A stretch of DNA of 64,000 nt from Lophium mytilinum (Eukaryota): assembly GCA_010093605.1 (NCBI GenBank), contig MU004182.1, positions 445,502 through 509,501 on the forward strand, read 5' to 3'. The translations under genes were made by a program, and so were the position numbers. The notes under the pieces were generated by a model that saw nothing but the letters and a program-made list of their open reading frames with translations, was not told the DNA's origin and made no database searches. Below, one piece after another: positions 24,848 through 35,861 of this stretch; the stretch's first letter is position 1; every line of letters begins with the position of its first letter.

Positions 24848-26079
24848 GGTTCTTGTTACTCTCCCTTGAGGCTACTGAAAAGTAAAGACCTCATCACGAA
24901 TCGATCGATTTGCTGTTCTTATACGTCTGATCACTCAGTCGCGTCTTTCCGACTCGTTGTTGATTTCTCAGCGTCGTCATAATCCTCCAAAATTTTCTGA
25001 AAGATGTGGGGTCATGCAAGGAACCAAAGCCAGGCCTTGACCTTCACGCGCAAGTTCGCTTCGTTAGTTCAGTACCGCGAGGCCTGTATGGAGGACGGAG
25101 AAGCATATCTTACCCAGTACCGGGGACAGTGGGAGCTGCATGAACCCACGAGCTAGGAAACGAGCTCGGTTCCAGTCCGAGAGCTGTCTCGTTGCGGTGC
25201 GGTTGGAGCCCGTGCTGCTAACATGACGAAAGATGAGACGATACCACAACTACTCGAGATGCCAATTCCGACTTACCGGAGTGGTGCGAAACGCTCGATG
25301 AGGAAATGTTTGGTTCTGCCTAATTGGGAAAGGTGGCGCAACGATCAACGCGGGGATTCCGGAGATCATGGCTGCATGGTGTCAGGGTGTCTCGGGGACC
25401 GAATGGCGGGTACGTTACCACTAGGCCGACAAAATGCGAAGGGAAGAGAGGGATGAGAAACTGTTGGTTTTGAACGTTGGCGCCTTGCCGCGCTCGACAA
25501 TGTAGGAACTTTAAGGCTGTGAGAATGAATTTAATACTTTCACGTCCCGTCAGCACATTGAGGCTAATGCAGCGATATGAAGGGCAATGTGAAGGGCGTT
25601 TTCGAGTACTTCAGGCTTAGCGGCACTCATGAAGTAGTCTGGTGCATTCGAGGTTGTTTATTGGGTCGTGAGACAAGCTGTGGGGTGGCTTTTGAGAGAC
25701 GAAAAAGCAATTCGGACATTCATTGGATAAGCACCGACGCAAGTACTGAAATGTGGTGATTTCAACGCTGAAAGGAAATGAATCGGAATACATAATAATA
25801 ATACAGTGACAGGCCACAAGTTTAGGAACACTGGATCGACACTGTTTGGGGTCCCCCTATAGGATTTTGAAAACCTAAGGGTGATGTCGAGGTTCAAGCG
25901 GTACAGATTGGACTACCTCTGGATTAATGGTCTGCTCTGCAGCTAGGGTACCCCCGACAATGGTGTCAGGTGGGCAAATTGGAACCAAGCTGTAATGAGT
26001 CCGTGTGTCTAGACTTATAGCTTACTACTGTAACATAGTTCACTCATTGAAAATGTATTCTCACATTGACGTAGCTAGT

Positions 26080-26844
26080 TTAGGCACCACCGCCGCCTCC
26101 TGCTGCCCCTGCTCCGCCCCGCCTCCTCTCGGCCTCCATCATTGCTATAAAGCTGACAACGATTTGATCCAGAAACTGCTCATCGAGTCCCTCGATCAGT
26201 ATATTGAGCTGCCCATCCTTAGAAAATCTCAGCGAGCGCGCGAATGCTGCAAAAACTTTACCGGTGGCGGCACCCTCAAGTTTCAAGCCCCCGCCACTCA
26301 GTGAAGAGGTGCCATAGTCGCTTGTGCCCTTCCAGTAAAACTGTCGCTCGGGGCCGGCAGGCAATTCAACGAGAAAGCGGCGTGTGAAGACGCCGTCCTT
26401 GCTCATCTCAGCCTTGTGCTTCCCCCCAAAGGCTAAATCTATGCGCGAGGTGAAGTGGTGGTATTTGACGCTGCCAATGACCGGGCCTGACGAGTTCACG
26501 CGGCGGATAAGGAGGTCTGCGAGGCCTGATCGATAGTCAACAAAGTACGCTGGTGTGCGCTTGTCGGGGAGGGTAAATGTGACGCTCTTGCGGCCTGTGA
26601 AGCCGCCTTCGCTGTAGATGTTGTACTGAGCGGCTACGGCTTGAGGTCCACGAGATGCGTATATTGTGGGCTCATTGGCCCTTGAAGCAGCGACGGCATT
26701 CTGTGATCGGGTACTGTTCTGTAATGTGGGCTGGGCCATGGAGGCCACTGTGCGGTAGGATGGTGGTCGGGACGGGGTGTACTCTGGACGCGTGTCTTCT
26801 TGGACTTGATCAGGTGTATACGTTGGGAGATACGTGGTATCCAT
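26080..26844 (-). CDS. Hypothetical protein with N-terminal PY-like motifs and a possible tubby/LURP-like C-terminal domain
   Basis: Likely start MDTTYLPTY. LPTY and PPSY motifs, beta-rich region (FYWKGT..LKLE..VFAAF..DQIVVSFIAMME) and Gly/Ala tail. Confidence 0.6.
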   Translation of the reverse strand: MDTTYLPTYTPDQVQEDTRPEYTPSRPPSYRTVASMAQPTLQNSTRSQNAVAASRANEPTIYASRGPQAVAAQYNIYSEGGFTGRKSVTFTLPDKRTPAYFVDYRSGLADLLIRRVNSSGPVIGSVKYHHFTSRIDLAFGGKHKAEMSKDGVFTRRFLVELPAGPERQFYWKGTSDYGTSSLSGGGLKLEGAATGKVFAAFARSLRFSKDGQLNILIEGLDEQFLDQIVVSFIAMMEAERRRGGAGAAGGGGGA

Positions 26845-27281
26845 TGCGGCGAGTCGTCGTCGTCGTCGAAGCGCAGGTGCAAATGCCTTCGAGAGAGCAG
26901 TATAATTTGCGATTCTTCGTGGGCGTCGACGCAAATACGAAGGTAGGGCAGAAGAAGTGATGAGACGGTCCCTGTAGCTGCGGTCGTTACTGAAGATATT
27001 AGCAAGGCGGATGGGTTATATCCATTGTGATGCTGGGAGCAGCAGTGTTGGGCAGGTAGGTAGAAGTGCGTCGAGAGAGGCGCAGCGGTTCGGACTTCCG
27101 GGCATCCTGGCGTGCCTAGCAACTCGTAGACATATACTGTAGGCGACTGGCACCAATGTCTCTTGCTTAGGAGAGCTGTGCCGCATTCTTGCAGGTTTAC
27201 GATGTCGAGAGGGTATGTTGGATTGGCGGTGCCGAAGGACGTGTTGGCCTCGCGGTGCGCCTCGCCTGCTCAGCACGCGGG

Positions 27282-27672
27282 GCATGACAAAGGTGGCACT
27301 CTATTCTGCCTGTTGTACCCCTGTCTGCCGCTGCTCGAAGTGCTTTAATAGATTTTATATATATAAACGAGATAGAAACTCTTAGCTTTAGGCTCTCTAA
27401 AAAGCCATTAAGGTACTCTAAACAGTAGTAGACCGGGGCACCTACTATACCTACTGGGTAGAATAGTAATAAGAGAGCGTGGAAGATAAGTAGTAGTAGA
27501 AATTAGCAGTCTATAAATTAATAAGATATACCTACTACTTCTATACTTGTTTAGCACTGTTAGAGGTCCTCTAGTATGCTCTTGCTACTTATTGAAATAC
27601 TAGCTGTGGCAAGCCTGACAGCTCTTCGGGCTAGGTAGTGTTGAACTGCTGTAGTGTGCCACTTTTTCATGC
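27282..27672. mobile_element. AT-rich, RIP-like degraded transposon remnant
   Basis: TpA-rich tract at ~27345-27600 ending in an LTR-like terminus GCTGTGGCAAGCCTGACA (27620). Flanked by an imperfect inverted pair, GCATGACAAAGGTGGCAC (27282-27299) and GTGCCACTTTTTCATGC (27656-27672). Confidence 0.5.
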
Positions 27673-27974
27673 TAGCGTTCTCAGCCCGGTCACGTGTCGC
27701 ATCGGACGTCAACCTAGGTAGTCCCATCGTAAAGCTCTCCTTTCACCCACCGCAGTCCTCACAGCCACCCAGCATCTCGCCCATTCGGTAGTAGCGGCGC
27801 CACCGCAATCTGATCCATTCCTTACGTACCAAGACCTACACATTACTAAGATTGCGCTTTCCTTCGTGCTATGCAATATTCAACATGTAGTACAAGGCCT
27901 ATCAAAAGGCTTTCCCAGTCGACCACACTCGAAACATATCCAAACCAACCCCCACCCTTCGTGGGACCTCAGAT

Positions 27975-29350
27975 TCAATCTCTTGAACTGCTCGCGTCAA
28001 CTCTAAGCCGTTGATTTGCGCTCTCAAACGTACCCAGGATACTTTCAGTGAGAAGGCCTAACGCATCAAAACAATGTTGGGCTAGATCTATCTCCCAAAT
28101 CCAATTCATCCTCTGAGACCATACATCTCTCCATTTCGCTGCATCTCCGTTTACTGACCCATCGGTGAAGCCATACAGTTCCATTGCTTCTCTGCTCGTC
28201 TCAACAATCTTCTGGGATCGAGGTCTTCTAACGGCGTCGTATGCAGCTAGGGCGGGCGCAATGTGCTCCGGATATCTCACGTAGCGAAACAGCGTTGCGA
28301 GAACTAGGGCATCTTCAATTGCTTGTCCACACCCGGCCCCTTGGAAAGGCGTGGTTGCGTGAGCTGCATCTCCCATCATCGCAATATTGCCAACATTATA
28401 GCAGGGAGCGGGGAGGTGATCCATCATCGCCCAAAGTGTTGGGTTCTCAACCAACTTTTCATTTCGTTAGTCAAGTCTAGTAGGCTAATAATAGGGATAT
28501 GGGAGTATAGACGATGGCGTACCTCGAGTACTTTGGTGGGCACTTCACTCCAGCCTTCGAAATCCTCCATTAGCTTTTCGTTGCTCGATGGAACAACGGC
28601 CGAAGGAGCCTGCCAGTCTTTCACCCCACTATGGGCGGCGACAACGTTCAGTGTCTTTCCAAAGTCAATCGGGTATGTCATGACCATGCCTCCATCACCG
28701 CACCACATATATGCGTCGTCAGCAAACTCGCCTAGTTTTGCCTGAGCTTGAATCATCGGAATCAGACCGCGATATGCCACGATACCGGAGAAGACTGGAG
28801 TTGCTGCGGGCTGGGCTTCTCCAACGACATGCTCGCGGGTTGCGCTATGGACGCCATCAGCGCCGATCAAACAATCCGTCGAAGCATTCGTTCCATCGGC
28901 GAAGTGGATCAGGACTTGGTCTCCAGACTCGTTGATGTCGACAAGTTCTTTACCAAAATGCGCCATGCCCTGTGGTATCAACTTGACCAGCTCTGCTAGG
29001 AACTTCGCCCGATGTACTGTCTGCTGGCCAGTAGCGTTTTCACACTTTCCCAGTACCTCATCGGCGCCCTGGAGGCCATTTCGGAATTCAAACCATGTCT
29101 TCTCGAAGTCGGCCGACGTGTTGGAGGTCGCATGTCGTCGAAATGCCTCTGCGGCGGTGGGCGAGATGCAAGCCAAAGCTCTCTGCGCATTTGGCCCCAG
29201 CGCTAGTCCAGCTCCGATTTCTCTAAATTCAGGTGCGGCTTCGTAAATAGAGACGTTGAGGTGTGGGTATTGTAGTAGACCAATGGCAAGGCAAAGGCCC
29301 CCAATGCCACCGCCGGCAATGGCAACCGATACGGGCATGCAATGAGCCAT
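27975..29350 (-). CDS. FAD-dependent monooxygenase, salicylate-hydroxylase/AtA-like (2 exons)
   Basis: Motifs GGGIGG, EIGAGL, LIGADGVHS and GDAAHATTPFQGAGCGQAIED. Intron 28455-28522. Confidence 0.9.
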
Positions 29351-30138
29351 GGGTATGAACAGGGGAGGATGGATCAAGAGCAGGGAAGTATCGTGCAAGA
29401 CGCAGTAGAACGAGTCAATTAGGGCTAGGAATGAGTTGGTTTGGGGGCCGGGCTTCCGCGTTTTATCCATTCAGACTGCTTTCCCAACGCCACAACCGCC
29501 AGATCATGAAGACGTAGGCCTAGACTTTTTTTAGATTGCTATTGTATACCGCAGTCCAGCCGCCTCCCTCAGTAGGTCATTTCTCCAGCATATCTATCAC
29601 TTTCGCTACGAAGTATCCGCATTGCGAGACCCGAACGATGGTAGTACTGGATTGATGACGAGATGGTATAGGACTGTGTACATCAAGCTGTAGATGGCGA
29701 CGATTGAAGTGCCCTGCCCAATTAAGAGACTGTCCAAAACAGTCGAGATGTGGATTACCGCATTCAGCATTACCGCATTTGGGGGTCCGAGATCGACAGA
29801 AAGAGTTCCTAACACAAGAGTCATGTGACTCGCTAAACCCAATCGACGCTCCGACATTCACAAAGAAAGCTATTATGACGTTGCATGGTTTGCAAGGCTG
29901 CGCTCTTCGTTCTCTCCAAATCACCAAAGCATATGCTCCTCCGAGTCACGAACAATGATTGCTAAGCTCTGCGGCGTAGCGGCTGTAGCAAAAATCCGAG
30001 TACGAAATCTTAAAACTTCAATGTGCCCACGCCGAGCAGTCCACGACACACATACGCCAATTCCGGCAGCTGCAATCCACCACTTGTGAAACCCCCTGCA
30101 TCTGCATTTATACCCGAAAACTGCCACGGACTACTATC

Positions 30139-31871
30139 ATGGCTACCACGCACAGCCAAGACGAGGCTGCATCGTTCGACGATGTCGAGAAGGCTTCATC
30201 GCATCTATCTGATCCAAAGCCAGAAGCGGACGCACCTGCCACAGACTTCATCGTTTCATTCACCGGCGACGATGACCCTCGTAGCCCGAAGAGCATGTCT
30301 ACTGCGCGAAAATGGTTGATAACCATCATTGTGTCGACCACCAGTTTGTGTGTGGCATGTACGAGTTCGCTCTACGTCGGCACTTACAATCAACTTGAGA
30401 AAGAGTTTCATTCGAGTGAAGTCGTAGTCACACTAGGTCTCAGTCTTTTCGTGGTTGGACTCGGTATCAGTCCCATGCTACTTGCCCCGTTGAGTGAGGT
30501 AAGCTACGATCTCCCGCCCCGCAAGTTTACCATCTACTACGGATTCTGACATCTGTAGTTCTATGGCAGGAAACCCGTCTACATTGGCTCTCTTTTCTTT
30601 TTCGTTGTCTTCATCATCCCCTCCGCGGTTGCTCAGAATCTAGCGACGATCATTGTCACTCGTTTCCTCGATGGATTCGCTGGAGCGGCTTTCTTGAGCG
30701 TAGCAGGAGGTACCGTCTCCGACCTGTTCCCGAAGGCTAAGTTGGCATTCCCAATGATGATCTACACTCTGAGTCCCTTGTAAGTTCTCCTCACCTCGGC
30801 ACTAAACACAACCATACTTACATTTCCGCAGCCTTGGACCGCAGTTGGGACCGCTCGTTGCAGACTTCATCAACTACAATACTAGCTGGCGATGGACATT
30901 CTGGGTGGCTCTCATATGGGCATTTGTGCAGTGGGCAGCTATCATCCTCCTCGTCCCCGAGACGTACATGCCAGTTCTCCTCCGCAGAGAAGCAATCAAA
31001 ACGCGCAAAGAGACTGGAGACGATCGATGGTACGCGCCAATCGAGAAGATGGACCGCTCTATTGCTCAGGTTCGTAGTTTCACCAAACACGTATCACTCT
31101 TCTGAAGCTCACACTTCGCAGACCGTCCTTAGATCCTGCTACCGACCGTTCCTCCTGCTTACCCTCGAACCCATGTGCCTCTGTCTCTGCCTCTACTGCT
31201 CCGTTCTCCTTGGCGTACTGTACCTCTTCTTTGGTGCGTTCGGCCTGGTATTCCGCGAGAATCACGGCTTCAAGCTATGGCAAGTTGGTCTTACCTTCCT
31301 CGGCATCACCGTGGGTATGATCCTCGGCTCCGCGTCGAACCCGTTCTGGAACAAAAACTACATGCGCCTTCTCAAGAAGCATGAAGAGGAACATGGCGAG
31401 AAAGGAGGGTCAGAGCCAGAGTACCGTCTCCCGCCAGCCATTGGAGGATCGCCGCTCGTAGTCATCGGGTTGCTTTGGTTTGGATGGACGACGTACGCCT
31501 CGGTCCACTGGATCGTTCCTATCATCGGCAGCGCATTCTTTGGCGCTGGTGTGATCATGATCTTTTCCGGCGTCTTCACGTTCCTGGTGGATGCTTACCC
31601 GCTCTATGGTGCGAGTGCGCTCGCGGCAAATAGCTTCGCGAGGAGTATGTTTGCCGCTGCATTCCCACTTTTCGGTCCAGCTAGTAAGTGCTATTGCTTC
31701 AGCGAGGAGACGAAGTGCTAACGCGGCTGTCTAGTGTATAATAATCTCGGCTACCAATGGGCAACATTCTTGCTAGCCATGCTTACGCTAGTCATGGCTC
31801 CGTTCCCATATATATTCTACCGCTACGGCAAGGAAATTCGGAAACGGAGTAAATACGCTGGCTCCAGGTAG
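30139..31871 (+). CDS. MFS transporter, DHA1 family, AtB-like (multi-exon)
   Basis: DDPRSPKSMSTARKW, APLSE-FYGRK, WRWTFW, VPETY, EPEYRLPPA and YGASALAANSFARS. Divergent from the FAD monooxygenase. Confidence 0.9.
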
Positions 31872-32675
31872 ATTGGAATAGCTCATCATTGAGTTCAAGC
31901 ATTGCATGGGACGGCCTCGGATAACCCTACTTCTTAACTGGAACAAATTGGACGGTGATCCGGGTTTAAGAGCCAGGCGGCATGAATTGATTAGGGCCAA
32001 GTAAGCCGTTGAGACGGCAAAGGCGCATTGGGATTCATTTTGGCGGTTTAGTGCTAACAGCCGGGGGAACGCTGGGTCTTTGAGACAAAGGTTCTATGAT
32101 CCATAGTGTTGAGCCAAAAACATGTATTTGTAGACATCATCAAACTACTTCAAAGGATGCCTAGCTAAGCTTTGTGATGATGCCTCATTCGTTCTTTCCG
32201 CAATGACCTCTTTCCCCCCTCTTCCCTACGCCAAGTGTGCTTGTGCAGTGACCTTATATAAGATACTAGATTTTGGACGGATAAAATCTGGGACGGTATC
32301 TTGATTAGAACTTAGTGTGATCTTAAATCTGAGCTATGAAGGGGGATTAAATTTCTTTAGGAGCTGAAACACTCTTGGAAAGTTCACTTTCATCGGATTG
32401 CATTAGTGAGGATTGAGAATCTGTAGATAAGATTGAGTGACTGTGCAGGAACCTTACTGCGCAATTACCCCTTGGGGTTTTCAAGGTACGGTTAAGAGGG
32501 AGACCGTCGCGTCTGTTAATTAGATCTAATTGACCTGATCGAGCGTATTGCCTGTATGCGCAAGTGGGCCATGCCACGATGGGTTGCCTGAAAGTACTGT
32601 ACAGATAGCAACCCGCTAAGCAGCAAACCCCGGATGGAACAACGAGTCCAGAAAAGATAGGCCAAGTACTGAGCA

Positions 32676-33632
32676 CTAAGCTAATTTAGACTCCTTCCCC
32701 TCTGTATTCTCCACCAGCTCCCAATTAGAGGAGATATCCTCGGCCTTCAGTCTAGCTTCTCTCTTAGCCCTATAGGCTGCATCTGAGACCATCCAACCCT
32801 CGCTCTCTAGCCTGCCTTGGTCTTTCAGCCAATTGGAGAGAGGAATAAGGAGTTCGGGTATATCTTCCTTCATAGGGCATTCTCCCGTTGTTCCTTCATT
32901 TGCCTCCCCAGATTCAGGCCCAGGTTTTCCAGCGTGATCCGTCGCCACTGACGACTCCTCCTGTTCGACGGTACGTTCCGGCGTCTCGAGTGCTGCGCTC
33001 TCCGTTCTAGCCTTTGCGCTGTCCAAAGAGAGCCTCTTCACCTGCACCTCCTCGGTCTTCTCAGCAAAATCGGACAGAGTTTCAGGCCATTGGTAGGTCA
33101 GCTTCTCAAGCAGTTGGCCGTATCGTTCACGTTCCTTTACTCGGACATCTTTGACATGACGCACAAGCTGCCTATCGTACTTTTCTCGCTCCTCTGCTTG
33201 GACAATTCCGGAAAGTCGCGCAAGTTGTTGAAAGGACCACTCCCGCTCCTCCATTCGAACCTTCTCGACATAACGGTTGAAGTGTTGTACGGCTAAGTAT
33301 CCAACGACTGTCAGGCTGAGGGCGCCTGTCGTAGCGTAGGCGATGTGTTCTTTACGTGCGAAAAGGAAGGCGATAATCGTACTGAATGCTGACTTCTGAA
33401 AGGTGCAGTGCTTGGCTAATTGTCGTTGAATGTGGTCAGGAAGACGAGACAGATACTCGGTAAGGATCGTCTTCAGGTCTTGCTGCTTCTCTGCAGAGAG
33501 ATCACAGACTGTAGCACCATTGAAGAGGCTGCCACTAGGAAGCGACTTGATCCCGGCGGCGACTGCGGGTGGCAGCGCGTTCTCACCAGTGGCACCGAGG
33601 AGAGTCTTGAGATAGTCCACACAAGCGGCCAT
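32676..33632 (-). CDS. Orphan single-TM family member C, with C-terminal AIM-like NWELV
   Basis: Intronless, 318 aa. MAACVDYLKTLL..GIKSLP..VCDLS..LPDHIQRQL..C, hydrophobic TGALSLTVVGYLAVQH, then EKVRMEER. Confidence 0.8.
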   Translation of the reverse strand: MAACVDYLKTLLGATGENALPPAVAAGIKSLPSGSLFNGATVCDLSAEKQQDLKTILTEYLSRLPDHIQRQLAKHCTFQKSAFSTIIAFLFARKEHIAYATTGALSLTVVGYLAVQHFNRYVEKVRMEEREWSFQQLARLSGIVQAEEREKYDRQLVRHVKDVRVKERERYGQLLEKLTYQWPETLSDFAEKTEEVQVKRLSLDSAKARTESAALETPERTVEQEESSVATDHAGKPGPESGEANEGTTGECPMKEDIPELLIPLSNWLKDQGRLESEGWMVSDAAYRAKREARLKAEDISSNWELVENTEGKESKLA

Positions 33633-34463
33633 TTTGGTGTATGAATACTTTAAGAGCTAAGAATGTAGAAATAGGTCTGCGTGAAGGAGTGGTATGATTG
33701 ACCAGGGGTATGAACTAGTGTGGTGTGGTGTTGTGGTTTGCGTGGTGGTTGCCGTGGTTGGTGAGATGGGCGAGCGAGTGTGGTTTTAAGGACAGCTGCT
33801 TCAGGGAAAGTCGAGGAATTTATGGGCGTGTCATGAGCAGCCAGAGACTGGCAGCAGTGAATTGATGGCACAAGGTTTGATATAGCTGTATAAGCCGCTG
33901 CCATGCTTAGTAAACGTCATCGCCGTAAAAGTTACGGTGAATTGTAGTTATCAATACAAGAAAATCTTTACAAACACTCCCCGTGGCGATGGAAAGCTTA
34001 TGTGCACCGCTAGATATCAAGAGCTGGCGGCTGATAATCTTTCAAAGGACTGACACTCAGCACTGTCCCTCAAACCAAGCGTAGTAAGTTATTTTGTGAC
34101 TTTTCGGGGTAAAGTACAAAATCGGGATATGAAAAGGCGATGCAGTACCTTGAAGTGAGTGAGTTGTGGCTTATAATTCAATGGGTAAGATGTAGGGGGT
34201 GGCATACAACGACCTCACGGAGATAGCCCTGGCTGATGGCTAGATTTATTGCTCCTATTGCTCCGCTTGCTAAAATGCTAACAAGTTCGTAATACTTGGA
34301 TGTGCAATAGGCCGCAACATCTCAGATCACCTTCATAAAGGCTGTAGCCGATAAGCTACTAAACGGCAGCTCCGAAAACCCATCTACCAGCCACCCGTGT
34401 TGATTTTCGTTCGGCAGTCCGGCTCATTCGACCCCGGAACCAATTCTAAACCTCTTCGTAGAT

Positions 34464-35144
34464 TCAAACCCCATTAACAGCTTCCACAATCTCCCACTCT
34501 CCGTCGGAAAGAAGCTCAGTTCTACGTCTCGAAGAAGAACCTTCGGTGCCAACAGTGGAGGAAGCATCATTGAAGAGAGGCCCTTTGGCCGCCGCTTTCA
34601 TACCTTCGTCGATATGTCCATCGGCCGTTGCATCCTCTTCAGTCTCCTTCACAATGCTCTCTGTAGCGTTAGCGTTCCTTCCTGCGTCTGATGCCACAAT
34701 GAAGTCCTCGCACTGCATCGATATGACGCTCTTGCTACCCTTCAACCATTTCTTGATTCGGCTAGAAACTGAACGGCCTTCCCCATCGTCTTTTCCAGTA
34801 GCCCCGTTCCATACCGCTTCGGTGCTCCGCTCGGATCGAGCCGGCTCATTCTCGCTCAACAAACCTGATAGGTGGGCCACTGTGTCTTGTAACGCTTGGT
34901 TCTGCGCCTTCATGGAAGCTTGAAGATCCCTGGACACGTCGACCAAAGACTGATTGAACGCCTGAGAATCAGCCAGCTTCTGTTCGTAGCCCTTGCGCAC
35001 CTCTCTCCGCATGCGCTCCATTGTTTGGTTCATATATTGCATAGCCGCGAATGCGATCAACGTGGTTACGAGTATGCCCGTAGCAAGGTAAGCCATAGCT
35101 GTCTTGTTGTCAAGGATGTCAAAGATGCTCTTGCAGCGAGCCAT
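34464..35144 (-). CDS. Orphan single-TM family member E (N-truncated), with C-terminal AIM-like EWEIV
   Basis: 226 aa from MARCKS. ATGILVTTLIAFAAMQY..ERMRRE..GYEQKL aligns with D (TAGALAITLIGYATVQY..EKVRKE..GYETQL). TATAAAA begins at 35328 on the minus strand. Confidence 0.7.
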   Translation of the reverse strand: MARCKSIFDILDNKTAMAYLATGILVTTLIAFAAMQYMNQTMERMRREVRKGYEQKLADSQAFNQSLVDVSRDLQASMKAQNQALQDTVAHLSGLLSENEPARSERSTEAVWNGATGKDDGEGRSVSSRIKKWLKGSKSVISMQCEDFIVASDAGRNANATESIVKETEEDATADGHIDEGMKAAAKGPLFNDASSTVGTEGSSSRRRTELLSDGEWEIVEAVNGV

Positions 35145-35550
35145 TCTAATGTGGGGACCTGCAAGGGGTATGTGCCTTTTTGACTGTTGTATGAACGGAG
35201 GCAACGGGTCGATTGGTAAGATAAGTGTTTGTGTGTGGATTTTCCGGCTGTGGTGAGCGGATGCGTGGTGGGTTGGTGGGTGTGGATGTGTAAGAATGGC
35301 TACGAGGAGGAAGATTGAAGGTTTTATAGGCCTCTCAAGGTGACCCAAAGGGGCCATCATTGGGGTGAATGAGGCAGACACAAATTGACACACCAATTTT
35401 CCTGAGATTTCCCTGGCCCAGTAGTCTACGCCATAGTCTCGGGGCAAAAGTGCATGGTCAATATATAGAACACGACAATCATAAGACTTCGGAGGAAAGA
35501 GAACACGTTTGCTTCTATAGCCCTGCTGCTGTAGATTAATGTAGAAGACG

Positions 35551-35709
35551 TGGCACGGAACAAGGAGTGATAGGCTGTACACGTGATGTATAGGATGATG
35601 ATGATGATGATGATGCAGCAGAAGAGATAGAGGTCGGGGGGAAGGTCAGGCTGTGTACATACAAGAGGCGATGTGCAGCTGTCGTAGCCCTCGCTACTAT
35701 CCCCTGACA
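35551..35709. mobile_element. Solo LTR-like element, copy 3 of 3
   Basis: 159 bp bounded by TGGCA...TGACA. Homologous to copies 1 and 2, with an internal (GAT)n expansion. Confidence 0.7.
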
Positions 35710-35861
35710 AGATTTGACTAAATCTAAAAGTTATCTTTGCACTATATGAACGCTACTTCATCGCAACATAGATAGGAAAGACGCGTGGTAAAGACTGTAA
35801 AGACAGTCACAACGTTATTTTCGCGACTACATAGCTCCGACAACCACCGTCAAGTACCATC

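Noticed and set aside
35145..35582. Long N-terminal extension of the 372-aa ORF (and 58388-58552 for member D)
   Set aside because: The extensions run through the TATA box and CA-rich leader, and into the solo LTR for member E. For D, homology to paralogs begins at the downstream ATG.
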